From assembly GCA_964453155.1 (NCBI GenBank), contig CAYVQU010000002.1:11240-75239 (forward strand): a stretch of 64,000 bases of DNA. The letters are read 5' to 3'. How positions within the stretch are numbered: position 1 is the stretch's first letter; the number at the start of each line of letters is the position of its first letter. Position numbers and translations under genes: made by a program. The notes under the pieces are model-generated. The model saw only the letters and a program-made list of their open reading frames with translations. It ran no database searches and was not told the DNA's origin. This DNA is from an uncultured Anaerolineales bacterium (GTDB lineage: Bacteria; Chloroflexota; Anaerolineae; Anaerolineales; UBA11858). Below, in pieces: positions 19,133 to 28,212 of the stretch.

Positions 19133-21376
19133 TTATTCATATCGTAATGCTTCCACCGGTTGCAGTCGGGTGGCCCGAAAGGCCGGATAAATGCCACCGA
19201 GAATGCCCAAGAAAAGGGCAATGGCAATCGCGCGGGCAAAAATATCAATTTCCCAGATAATCGAATAGACATCACCCACCAGGGGAGCGTTATCAAGTAT
19301 ATAACCCAATCCAAATCCGATCAGGATACCGGTCAACCCACCCAAAATGCCCAGCCAAAACGCCTCTGTGACGATCATGCTCAAAATCCGGCGGCGGCGC
19401 CAACCTAAGGCCCGCAGCACACCGATTTCTCGGGTCCGTTCTAAAACGGCCATCAACATGGTATTCATCACGCCAAAACCGCCGACGGCAATTGCCAGGA
19501 AGGATATGGCCCCCATCATGACGTCCATGGCAGCCATATCGGGCATTTGTTCAGCGAATTCACCGGCGAGTGAGGCATGAGCTTCGGGGAATTGACGATT
19601 GATCTCGGCGACAATCTCGGGGGCGTCGGTGGGGTTATCCACTTTGACCATGTACATGCTGACTTTGCGGGGTTTGCCCACAATGGTCTGACCATCCCGC
19701 AAGGAGATGATGCCGCCCATTTCCATCCAGCCGGAACCACTTTCGTAAATGCCGACCACCTTGAAACGGCTGCCGATCAACTCAATCGTGTCGCCAATAT
19801 CCTTGTTCATGGCTTCGGCCATCATTTTGCCAAGGAGCATCTGATGGTTGCTGGTCAGCGGTTCCCCGGCAATAATGTTTTCTTGTTGAATACCATATTC
19901 GTTGGGAGCCATTCCCCGATAAATAAAGAAAGTTCCGGCTTCGGGGATCATCGTCGCGGAGAAAATCAGCCCACTCACAGCTCTGACGCCTTCTAAACCC
20001 GAAATCTGACTACCCAGGCGTTGATCGAGGGTACTGTAGCCTGTATCGGCGATGCCTGCTTGCCGGATCATAATTTCGGATTCGTTGCTAATTCCGCCAA
20101 TCATGTCCATCGTACCGCGCACCAGCGCTTCGAGGGCCGTGATCCCGCCGACGGTGATGCCGATCACACCGAGGGTCAGGAAGGTTCGGGAAGTACGCTG
20201 CCACAGGCTCTGGAGGGCCATTCCCCCAAAGGGCAATCGCCGGACTTTGCCGCCACTGCTACCCCCTTCATATCGGAGGGCTTCAACCGGGGGCATCCGA
20301 GAGGCTCGCCAGGCCGGGTAGGCCCCGCCAACAAATCCTAAAATCAACACGGTCATAAAGGCCTGGATCAAAATCGAGGCGCCGATATTTTCCACACCAG
20401 CCCCAAAGAAAGTCATAAAATCAGAAAGTGCGGCCATCATTAGCCAACCGAAGATGACGCCAACTAATCCACCCAAAAAGCCGACCAAAACCGATTCGCT
20501 CAAAATCAAAAGCATCACCCGCCGCTTGCTCCAGCCAATCGACCGTAATACGCCGATCTCCTGGGTACGCTCGATGACAGCCATGAGCTGGGAGTTCATC
20601 ATGCTGACACCACCGATGACAATGGCCAGCCCGGCGATGCCCCAGGCAAACCCGTTCATGGTTTGACCCATGATTTGTTTATCAGCAAACGTTTCGGTAG
20701 TGTTGACCTCGGCTTCAGGCCAGAAGCGGTTAATCCGGGTTTCGACCCGCTCCGTCATGGAGGGGTCTTTAAGTTGGACATAAAATATATTGACGGTGCG
20801 CTGCTTGCCCAGCAGGGTTTGGGCATCTTCCAACCGCATTACCCCGCCGCTGTCTTCGAGTTCCTGGCCGGTTTCGTAGATGCCCACAATCCGGAAGACA
20901 CTGTCGAGCATCCGCAGGGAGTCACCGGGCTTCTTTTCTAGTATTTCAGCCGCATTGGCTCCCAGAATGACGGGTTTACCTTTAACTCGGCTGGCATCCC
21001 GACTGTCGAGAGCTACTCCCTCAATGATATTGAATTTACCCAACACAAAACTATCAGCCGGATAGCCAAAAACAAAGAAATAGGGCACGGTCTCGGTTTG
21101 GACGAAACTCTGCATCATCGCGCTGACATCCGAGACTTCGGCCATTTTTTCCAGTTCATCCCCTATGCTTTCATCGAGGGAACTGATGCTGACATCCATT
21201 GATTCGGATTGCGAAATGACCAGATCAGCTTTGCTGCCAGTAATGAATGAGTCGTAACCGGCCTGAACACCCTCGGCCAGTGCGCCCAGGGCTACAATCG
21301 CGGCTACCCCCATAGAAATCGCGAGTACCGTCAGAATGGTCCGTCCCTTGCGTCGTGAAAGGTTTTTTAAGATCAT
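19133..21376 (-). CDS. ABC transporter permease with two MacB_PCD/FtsX modules
   Basis: The FtsX-type C-terminal block is duplicated (REIGVLRSIGWSKRRV and REIGVLRALGWRRRRI; both copies end PVEALRYE). Confidence 0.85.
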   Translation of the reverse strand: MILKNLSRRKGRTILTVLAISMGVAAIVALGALAEGVQAGYDSFITGSKADLVISQSESMDVSISSLDESIGDELEKMAEVSDVSAMMQSFVQTETVPYFFVFGYPADSFVLGKFNIIEGVALDSRDASRVKGKPVILGANAAEILEKKPGDSLRMLDSVFRIVGIYETGQELEDSGGVMRLEDAQTLLGKQRTVNIFYVQLKDPSMTERVETRINRFWPEAEVNTTETFADKQIMGQTMNGFAWGIAGLAIVIGGVSMMNSQLMAVIERTQEIGVLRSIGWSKRRVMLLILSESVLVGFLGGLVGVIFGWLMMAALSDFMTFFGAGVENIGASILIQAFMTVLILGFVGGAYPAWRASRMPPVEALRYEGGSSGGKVRRLPFGGMALQSLWQRTSRTFLTLGVIGITVGGITALEALVRGTMDMIGGISNESEIMIRQAGIADTGYSTLDQRLGSQISGLEGVRAVSGLIFSATMIPEAGTFFIYRGMAPNEYGIQQENIIAGEPLTSNHQMLLGKMMAEAMNKDIGDTIELIGSRFKVVGIYESGSGWMEMGGIISLRDGQTIVGKPRKVSMYMVKVDNPTDAPEIVAEINRQFPEAHASLAGEFAEQMPDMAAMDVMMGAISFLAIAVGGFGVMNTMLMAVLERTREIGVLRALGWRRRRILSMIVTEAFWLGILGGLTGILIGFGLGYILDNAPLVGDVYSIIWEIDIFARAIAIALFLGILGGIYPAFRATRLQPVEALRYE

Positions 21377-21628
21377 GTTTTTTTAGGAAATGGGTATTTG
21401 GTGATTAGGTGATAAGGCAACCTGTTACCTGATCACTTGTTACCTGGTCACCTGCCCCGAAATTATGCTCCTGCGGGGAGGGTTGATCACCCATAAAATA
21501 TAAGTGGTTGGGGGTGGGATGGTTTAGGATTGTTTTAATATTCGAACGATTTACCATCCCACCTTGGCAAATTTCGGTTCGAGCAAGATTTAAATTTTCA
21601 CGCTATCTCCGAAATTTGCCGAGAGAAA

Positions 21629-22432
21629 TTAAATTTCAGTAATTTCGGGGACGGTCAGCAGGTGAAAGGCCAGGGTAGACATCCAGGGGGCTTTGCGGAG
21701 TTTGCCGCCGGGCTGATTGGAGGTGGCCCGTTGGGTGATGGCCCGACAGTGTTCGAGCACGGCCTCGTCGGTGAAATACATATCCAGGGGCACCTCACCG
21801 GTCAAAATTTCACGCACGCCCAGTTTGCGATAAATGGTGCTGATAATTTCTGAGACCCACCCGGCACCCAAGACCAATTCATCCGCAATATCCCGAATGG
21901 CCAGATTGAAGATGATCCCCAGACGGATAAGTTCGTTTTCACGCCGGGAGAATTTAGTCGTCAGACGACGACCATCGAGGATCAAGGTGCCAGTCGGGAA
22001 GGCATACCGGCCTGCCGATTTATGGATCCCCGGAGAAATGACGCAAGTGTCATTATAGACAGCCGCGACGACAGCACCCAGGGCATATAAGATATCCTGT
22101 TTCAGGACATAGCCACTGCACTGCGAGTGAATAATTTCATCTAAAACTTCTCTTTTTGCCAACGTACCGGTATACAGAATTTTTGGAGGGTGCGGCATCT
22201 GCTGAGTTAGGGCTGCCAGCTTGAGGGGGAGTCCCGGTTCCCCTGGAATCTCGGTATCAATAATGACCACATCGACCGTTTGCAGTTCATCGGTGAGAAA
22301 CAGCTCTAACTCTTTCTCACCATAAACTTCACCAACCACCCGGGTTCGCCAATCACGAGTCAACAGCAGCGACATGAGATCGCGGGCGTAGGGGTCGTCT
22401 TCGATAATCAGTACACGGATGTCTTTGGCCAT
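21629..22432 (-). CDS. response regulator, REC domain plus LuxR-type HTH
   Basis: The REC domain shows VLIIEDDPYARD and VVIIDTEIPG. The HTH region shows RENELIRL...IRDIADELVLGAGWVSEIISTIYRKLGV. No histidine kinase gene is adjacent. Confidence 0.75.
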   Translation of the reverse strand: MAKDIRVLIIEDDPYARDLMSLLLTRDWRTRVVGEVYGEKELELFLTDELQTVDVVIIDTEIPGEPGLPLKLAALTQQMPHPPKILYTGTLAKREVLDEIIHSQCSGYVLKQDILYALGAVVAAVYNDTCVISPGIHKSAGRYAFPTGTLILDGRRLTTKFSRRENELIRLGIIFNLAIRDIADELVLGAGWVSEIISTIYRKLGVREILTGEVPLDMYFTDEAVLEHCRAITQRATSNQPGGKLRKAPWMSTLAFHLLTVPEITEI

Positions 22433-22446
22433 GGGGTTTTCCTTGG

Positions 22447-22479
22447 GTCTAAATGGTCGGAAAGGTCTAAGTTGTCGAG
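22447..22479. repeat. 9-bp-phased GTC word array directly upstream of the response-regulator start
   Basis: GTC occurs at 22447, 22456, 22465 and 22474 (GTCTAAATG GTCGGAAAG GTCTAAGTT GTCGAG). Confidence 0.65.
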
Positions 22480-22550
22480 TTTATTATCAGCATCTTGAGT
22501 AGCGCTGCGTATCGAAGGGGCGACTCGGTGTAAGTCATTTCACAGATGCA

Positions 22551-23048
22551 TCATTTGAAGAAGAGATTATACGCTAAAACTGTGTTTACCAGGGTTAAAA
22601 CCGCCCCGATTCCTAGACCAATTGGGAGGGAGATCAGAATATGCTTGCGCATGGATTCTTTTCCCAGCGCGGCAGGGAGTTTGAGGAAATCGGGTCGCCA
22701 TTTGGCGAGAACGAAACCGTCAATCACGATGGTATCGTAAGCAAAAAAGACCAGATATAACCCATAATTCAGGAGTAGAAGTGTCTCAAAGTCCAGCGAA
22801 ATTCCCTGGCGGGCAAGGTTGAAGTAATTAGCAGCTAAAGTTAACCCCAGAAAAAAGAGCGGAAGGATCATCATCGCCAAAATCCCCTGGAGGGGGATCT
22901 TTTCTTTGAGCAGGCCGTCTTCATTTCGGGCGGTGTAGACCAATCTTGTCCGGAAGGCGACCACAACAAAAACACTAAAGGCTGCGATGCCAATCAAGCC
23001 CCAGATGGTCAAAAACGAAATGAGCGTTGACGATGTCATTAGAATCAT
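22551..23048 (-). CDS. integral membrane protein, unknown function
   Basis: The ORF is hydrophobic with 4-5 TM segments. I trimmed it to the ATG at 23048 because the TTG-initiated codons up to 23063 lie inside a REP palindrome. Confidence 0.5.
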   Translation of the reverse strand: MILMTSSTLISFLTIWGLIGIAAFSVFVVVAFRTRLVYTARNEDGLLKEKIPLQGILAMMILPLFFLGLTLAANYFNLARQGISLDFETLLLLNYGLYLVFFAYDTIVIDGFVLAKWRPDFLKLPAALGKESMRKHILISLPIGLGIGAVLTLVNTVLAYNLFFK

Positions 23049-23050
23049 TT

Positions 23051-23080
23051 TGTAGGGACCCAATATATTGGGTCCCTACA
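23051..23080. repeat. REP-like palindrome variant TGTAGGGACCCAATAT/ATATTGGGTCCCTACA
   Basis: It is a 30-bp perfect palindrome. Its right arm supplies the last Leu codon and the TAG stop of the DtxR-family gene. Confidence 0.8.
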
Positions 23081-23744
23081 AGACCTCCACAAATATCTCA
23101 CAAGTAATACTCGGTCCCAAAACCACCGGTTCAGGCTGTCCGTCTACTTGAATTTTGAGATTACCATCGAAAGGCGAGATTTCGACCACCGTCAGAACCG
23201 CATGGGGTACAACGCCATTTTCGCCCAGGTAACGCAGTAATTCGGGGTCATCATCCGGAACTTGTTTGATCTCCGCCCGTTGGCCGATGGACAAATCTCC
23301 TAAACAGAGTGAAGTCGTCGCGGGGACTTTTAAATCACGAGAAGGGATCGGGGCGCCATGAGGATCATACTCCGGATTGCCTAACACTGCCGCCATCCGC
23401 TCAACAAAACGCGGCGAGATAACGTGCTCCAGGCGATGGGCTTCAGCATGCACCTCATCCCAGGGGAAGCCTAATATTTCATGGAGAAATTGTTCCAACA
23501 ACCGATGGCTGCGCGTAATTTTTAGCGCGGCATGTTCACCATCAGTGGTCAAAGTAACGCCGTAATGTTTCTTATACTCCACTAACGGCTGCTGGCTTGC
23601 GGCCAATTTCTGGATCATCCCGGTGACCGAGGCCGGTTTGACCTCCAACGCAGCGGCAATATCTTTCGTGCTGGCGCGGCCATGTTGGGCAGACAGATCG
23701 TAGATGATCTTGAGATAGTCTTGAATGGCGGGGGTTAAGTTCAT
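23076..23744 (-). CDS. DtxR/MntR-family metal-dependent transcriptional regulator with C-terminal FeoA/SH3-like domain
   Basis: The N-terminal wHTH shows AIQDYLKIIYDL...STKDIAAALEVKPASVTGMIQKL. The metal-site region shows HRLEHV...DPHGAPIP. An SH3-like tail follows. Confidence 0.85.
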   Translation of the reverse strand: MNLTPAIQDYLKIIYDLSAQHGRASTKDIAAALEVKPASVTGMIQKLAASQQPLVEYKKHYGVTLTTDGEHAALKITRSHRLLEQFLHEILGFPWDEVHAEAHRLEHVISPRFVERMAAVLGNPEYDPHGAPIPSRDLKVPATTSLCLGDLSIGQRAEIKQVPDDDPELLRYLGENGVVPHAVLTVVEISPFDGNLKIQVDGQPEPVVLGPSITCEIFVEVL

Positions 23745-23808
23745 AATTCGTGAGGCATGGAGCGTGAAGCGTGATGAATTTCAAGTCTCACGTATCACGC
23801 TTCACGGA

Positions 23809-24417
23809 TTATTTCTTTGAAAATCCAATCATTGGCAAAAACCTGCCGGTTCTGGTCATGTAATCCCGATATTCATCACCAAATTTCGCGATCAAGTTGG
23901 CTTCTTCTTGGGGGGTGCGGAACGCCATGATGATGAAGGTCAGTAAGCCCAGAAGCATGATGAACCAGTTATCGGCCATCAAGCCAAATGAGATGAAAAA
24001 GGTGGTCCCAATTGTGTAGAGGGGATGTCGCACCCAGCGATAAGGGCCACTCGTAGAAAGTTCGTGTTCTGTCCGGGTGGCACTGGTAGGGGTGATCCCG
24101 CTGCCGATGCTGCTGAACAACCAGTAAATACCGATGGTGCATAAAATACCAAGAACAGCGCCAGCCCAGCGAAAACCGACTAGCAATCCGAGTTTAGACC
24201 AGTTCATCCAGTGGGGATTGATCAAATAAGCCAGGGGGCTTAGCCACAAAACCAACCCACCAATCCGAATGATACTCAGCAGGGCAGTTCCATCGACACG
24301 ACGAGAGACTTGCTCCCCTGATTCCTGATCCGCCTTGCGCCGGAAATAGGCCGAGATGCCAAAACCAGTAAAGAAGATGAGACTAGCCAGCAGGCGAAAG
24401 ATGCTTTCGTTGTTCAT
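23809..24417 (-). CDS. ICMT/PEMT-family membrane methyltransferase
   Basis: It has YRWVRHPLYTIGTTFF...PQEEANLIAKFGDEYRDYMTRTGRFLP. Confidence 0.7.
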   Translation of the reverse strand: MNNESIFRLLASLIFFTGFGISAYFRRKADQESGEQVSRRVDGTALLSIIRIGGLVLWLSPLAYLINPHWMNWSKLGLLVGFRWAGAVLGILCTIGIYWLFSSIGSGITPTSATRTEHELSTSGPYRWVRHPLYTIGTTFFISFGLMADNWFIMLLGLLTFIIMAFRTPQEEANLIAKFGDEYRDYMTRTGRFLPMIGFSKK

Positions 24418-24489
24418 CAGTACCAGGGTTAGGGGACAAGAGTAAAGGGACAGGAAAATCCCTCAACCTTTATCCCTTCACCCCTATTT

Positions 24490-25920
24490 TTATCCTGCAA
24501 ATAACCGCCACACCTGAGCGACTACAAATGTGATTACAAAGCCCATCAGCACTGGGGCCAGCGAAGCGACCCAGGTCCATTTGGCATTGCCAGTTTCTTT
24601 GTAGATGGTGTAGATGGTTGTGCTGCACGGGTTATGGATCAGACTGAAGAGCATCAAGTTGACGGCCGTCAGTAAGGTCCAGCCCCCGGCTTGGAAGAGA
24701 GCCATTGTCTCCATTCCGGATTCAAGTTCGAACATCACGCCCGTTCCTTCGCCGACGCCGGAAACACCGGTCACCAGGACGGTTAGCATCATAATAGTGG
24801 GAATGACAATCTCGTTAGCAGGGATGGCGACAATATAGGCCACCAAGATCACACCATTCAACCCTAGGAGCAAGCCAAAGGGGTTTAGGAAATCGATCAG
24901 ATGTCCGGCGATGCTGACCCCAGCAATGTTGATATTCGCACTCAGCCACAGGACGGCGCCCGCGGGAAGGGCGAACACAATGGCGCGCCACAGCACGATC
25001 AAAGTCCGGTCGATGATGGAGGTATAGATGGTCTGCCAGATACGGGGTGGGCGATATGGCGGTAATTCCAAACTAAAGGTGGAAACTTCGCCTTTGAGCC
25101 AGGTTTTGGAGAGAAACATAGAGGTCAAAAAGGTCAGCAATATCCCTAAAAGGGCGATGCCCACCACCGCCAGGGCCGATATCACGCCGGCCAAGGCGGG
25201 CGGCACCAGCGCGCCAATGAACAGGCTGGCAATCAAAATTTGCGTCGGCCAGCGGCCGTTACAGAGGGCAAAGTTGTTGGTGATGATGGCGATCAAGCGT
25301 TCCCGGGGGCTGTCAATGATCCGGGTAGCAACTACTCCGGCGGCATTGCAGCCAAACCCCATCGTCATGCTGAGGGCTTGTTTGCCGTGGGCCCCAGCTT
25401 TGCGAAACATATTATCCAGGTTAAACGCGACCCGGGGGAGATAACCAAAGTCTTCGAGCAGCGTGAACAGCGGGAAGAAAATGGCCATCGGGGGCAGCAT
25501 CACGCTGATGACCCAGCCGGTAGCGAGGTACATCCCGTCGATCAACAGACCATCGAGCCACCAGGGCATGTTGATGGCAGCCGCCAGCCCCTTAAGCCAG
25601 GGATGGATGGTATCCAGGAAGAGAGTCGCCAGCATTGAGGAGGGTACATTGGCTCCCGAGATCGTCAGCCAAAAGACGATCATCAGCAGGAGCAGCATCA
25701 GGGGGAAACCCCAGACCCGACTGGTTAAGATTTGGTCAAGTTTGCGGTCAAAATCGAAGCGCGGTTTCTCTTCGGGGCGAGTCACGGCTCGGTCGGCGAT
25801 TTGGGCCGCGTCGGTATACATCGTTTCCATCAATTTTTCGTGAAAATCCACACCGACTTCCCAGCGCAGGGATTGAGCGGCATTCAGAATTTCATCGGGG
25901 GAGGTTGTGTTTGTGGTCAT
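24490..25920 (-). CDS. feoB: FeoB membrane (gate/nucleoside-recognition) portion, separate ORF
   Basis: Its N-terminus aligns with the end of the FeoB helical domain (AAQIADRAV...[19 protein letters not shown]), and the polytopic FeoB core follows. A GGAG RBS lies 7 nt before the ATG. Confidence 0.85.
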   Translation of the reverse strand: MTTNTTSPDEILNAAQSLRWEVGVDFHEKLMETMYTDAAQIADRAVTRPEEKPRFDFDRKLDQILTSRVWGFPLMLLLLMIVFWLTISGANVPSSMLATLFLDTIHPWLKGLAAAINMPWWLDGLLIDGMYLATGWVISVMLPPMAIFFPLFTLLEDFGYLPRVAFNLDNMFRKAGAHGKQALSMTMGFGCNAAGVVATRIIDSPRERLIAIITNNFALCNGRWPTQILIASLFIGALVPPALAGVISALAVVGIALLGILLTFLTSMFLSKTWLKGEVSTFSLELPPYRPPRIWQTIYTSIIDRTLIVLWRAIVFALPAGAVLWLSANINIAGVSIAGHLIDFLNPFGLLLGLNGVILVAYIVAIPANEIVIPTIMMLTVLVTGVSGVGEGTGVMFELESGMETMALFQAGGWTLLTAVNLMLFSLIHNPCSTTIYTIYKETGNAKWTWVASLAPVLMGFVITFVVAQVWRLFAG

Positions 25921-25934
25921 AATTTCTCCGTGGT

Positions 25935-26002
25935 CAGTGAACAGTTATCAATGGTCGGTAATCAGTGAGCACTGTTTACTGCTAACCGATAACTGTTTAC
26001 TG
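25935..26002. repeat. nested hairpin element at the FeoB split point
   Basis: CAGTGAACAGTTATC (25935-25949) pairs with GATAACTGTTTACTG (25988-26002), matching 14 of 15 positions. An inner pair is CGGTAATCAGT / ACTGCTAACCG. The stop codon of the G-domain ORF (25997-25999) lies in the right arm. Confidence 0.7.
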
Positions 26003-26833
26003 ATTCCCGATCACTTGCAACTGTGCGGCCCGGGACTCAATATCACCATGCGTCAAATCGCCAAGTTCACCCCGGCGCAGGGCCTCGGCAATGCGTTCGT
26101 CGCCGTCGAGGAGGCGGAGGGCCACCCACCGGGCATTGGGCAGCTCGGGGTAAGCGGTTTCGATTTGAGCTGTGAGTTGGGAGACCGCTTTTTTGAGTTC
26201 GGGTGAGTCATAGTTTACTTTGTAGGGGTTTCCGACGACCTCGCCGCTGGCAACTTCATTGACAGCCTGCAAAAGTTCGGGAACCCCTTCACCTTGACGG
26301 GCCACCATTGGAACCACCGGCACCCCTAAATCCCGTGCCAGCCGCCGTTCATCAATATCGAGGCCGTGCCGCTGAGCTTCATCCATCAAATTCAGGGCCA
26401 CGACGGCTCGATTGGTAATTTCCAAGACCTGTAAAACCAGGTTCAAATTGCGTTCCAGGCGGGTAGCATCCACCACCACAATCGTCACATCTGGTTGGCC
26501 AAATAGAATGAAATCGCGGGCCACTTCCTCGTCCAGGCTGGTTGCCAGGAGGGAGTAGGTGCCGGGGAGATCTACGAGCTTGAACTTGGCATCGGCATAC
26601 TCAAAACCACCTTCAGCGCGCGTCACAGTTTTGCCAGGCCAATTGCCCGTGTGCTGACGCAGACCGGTCAGAGCATTGAAAACGGTGCTTTTTCCCGTAT
26701 TGGGGTTCCCAGCCAGGGCGATCACATAATCGAAATCCGTCATATCGACGCCGAGTTTACGCAACGCAGCCGCATTGTGAACCGGGCAAGTAGCGCAGCC
26801 GTCGGCAGAGACATTAACATTGGTTGTCATCAT
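25997..26833 (-). CDS. feoB: FeoB N-terminal GTPase plus part of the helical domain, separate ORF
   Basis: It has G1 (GNPNTGKST), G3 (DLPG), G4 (NLMD) and RWVALRLLDGD of the helical domain. It ends inside the repeat element. Confidence 0.85.
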   Translation of the reverse strand: MMTTNVNVSADGCATCPVHNAAALRKLGVDMTDFDYVIALAGNPNTGKSTVFNALTGLRQHTGNWPGKTVTRAEGGFEYADAKFKLVDLPGTYSLLATSLDEEVARDFILFGQPDVTIVVVDATRLERNLNLVLQVLEITNRAVVALNLMDEAQRHGLDIDERRLARDLGVPVVPMVARQGEGVPELLQAVNEVASGEVVGNPYKVNYDSPELKKAVSQLTAQIETAYPELPNARWVALRLLDGDERIAEALRRGELGDLTHGDIESRAAQLQVIGNQ

Positions 26834-26914
26834 TTTTTTCCTTCACTTTTTGCATACCGTAAAGCGTGATACGTACTTACAAATCATCACGCATCACGGT
26901 TTACATTTCAGGTA

Positions 26915-27949
26915 TCAGCATTCCCCCATTTCGGGGCAAACGGTAATTAACTTAGCTTGTGATTTGCGCAGGGCAATCACTGCTCCGCGGACACGATAAG
27001 CGATGGGATCACCGCCGGCCGATGCCATCTCGACTTCAATGGTCGTACCGGGTAGTAGACCGAGGTCCATTAAGCGGCGGCGTTCGGCCCCTCGAATTCG
27101 AGGGGATACTTCTACGACCTCGGCTTCTTGACCGGGTTTGAGATTGGTCAGCGGTTCTCCGGGGACAGCCTCGGCTTCAGGTTGTTCGGCTACCGGGACC
27201 ACCGCGATATTGTTGGCCAAAATTGGCGCCAGAATATGTTCATCACCCCCGGCCCAAAAGCGGACCCGTTGAGACGAGGTCTCGAGCAATCGAACTTCCT
27301 GACCGACATGCAGACCCTCCGCGACGAGTTGGGCATAAACCGCCTCAGGCTCATCTTCCATATGGATGATGCGGGCCGGGGTATTTAGATCGAGTTGGGT
27401 CAGGGCTTTGCGGTCAGCGGGATAGACCACAGTCCCGTCAGCCATGGGGATGGGGTCGCCATGGGGGTCATGGGTGGGATTCCCCAGTTGGTAAGCCAGT
27501 TTTTCGACCTCTTCTGGAGTGAGTTGATGCTCCAGCTGATGTGCTTTGGTGTGCCATTCGGATTCTTCAAAACCGGTCTGTTCGGCCAGATAGCGTTCAT
27601 AGATGCGATGGGCGCGAATGACTCGCAGGGCATAATCGCGCCCCGCGGTTGTCAGGCTGAAGTCAGTGCCGGCCATTTTGATGAGATCATGAGCCTCGAG
27701 ATTAGAGATCACATCCGCAGCCTGACTGGTGCTGATGTTCAGAGCACCTGCCAGACTCTCCACGGAAGGTTGTCCACCGTGAATGTCAAAATCATGAATA
27801 TGTTTGAGCGCATCCTCGTTCAAGACACGGTCCGTCATTTCATTGGTACGCTGCCAACGCCAGTACAATCCGCGTTCAGGCCAAAAGATCAACAGGCCCA
27901 CGGCTGTCAGCACGGCGGCGATGATTAAGGAAGATAAGGGATCGGGCAT
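26915..27949 (-). CDS. membrane-anchored DtxR-like regulator fused to two FeoA domains
   Basis: It has an N-terminal TM helix (LIIAAVLTAVGLLIFW), a DtxR-type wHTH with dimerisation/metal region (RAHRIYERYL...HQLEH...DPHGDPIP), and two FeoA/SH3-like repeats. The second repeat is LKPGQEAEVVEV...LMDLGLLPGTTIEV. Confidence 0.75.
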   Translation of the reverse strand: MPDPLSSLIIAAVLTAVGLLIFWPERGLYWRWQRTNEMTDRVLNEDALKHIHDFDIHGGQPSVESLAGALNISTSQAADVISNLEAHDLIKMAGTDFSLTTAGRDYALRVIRAHRIYERYLAEQTGFEESEWHTKAHQLEHQLTPEEVEKLAYQLGNPTHDPHGDPIPMADGTVVYPADRKALTQLDLNTPARIIHMEDEPEAVYAQLVAEGLHVGQEVRLLETSSQRVRFWAGGDEHILAPILANNIAVVPVAEQPEAEAVPGEPLTNLKPGQEAEVVEVSPRIRGAERRRLMDLGLLPGTTIEVEMASAGGDPIAYRVRGAVIALRKSQAKLITVCPEMGEC

Positions 27950-27966
27950 AAGGTCACCTCGGTGGG

Positions 27967-28045
27967 GTCTAAATCGTCCAAGATATCTGATAGGTCTAAC
28001 TGGTCATTGGCTTTGACATTTTCGACAAATTTGACCTATCAGATA
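27967..28045. repeat. 9-bp-phased GTC/GAC palindromic array upstream of the DtxR-FeoA gene
   Basis: GTC or ATC occurs at 27967, 27976, 27985, 27994 and 28003. GAC or GAT occurs at 28015, 28024, 28033 and 28042. The array includes a perfect 13-bp inverted repeat: TATCTGATAGGTC (27984-27996) and GACCTATCAGATA (28033-28045). Confidence 0.75.
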
Positions 28046-28149
28046 CGCTAGATTTTTTGACTAAAACAATATTTAGGCCAGACTAATATTTCGGATTTTA
28101 GCAATTCTATCCAAAAATGTCAATGACAAGTTTTGCAGGATTTCATCTC

Positions 28150-28178
28150 TTGGCAAATGTCAGCATGTCCCTTACAAT
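28150..28178 (+). promoter_or_regulatory. sigma70-type promoter (TTGGCA, 17-bp spacer, TACAAT)
   Basis: TTGGCA lies at 28150-28155 and TACAAT at 28173-28178. A GGAG RBS lies before the ATG at 28213. Confidence 0.55.
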
Positions 28179-28212
28179 CCAAAAACACTGAAACCGCATA
28201 GGAGCAACACAG

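Noticed and set aside
28068-28128. Possible DtxR/IdeR-type operators (AATATTTAGGCCAGACTAATATT and TGTCAATGACA) in the divergent feo/AKR spacer
   Set aside because: These are only weak half-site similarity to the TTAGG…CCTAA IdeR box and a short 11-bp palindrome. I cannot distinguish them from the pervasive word-repeat palindromes without a binding model.
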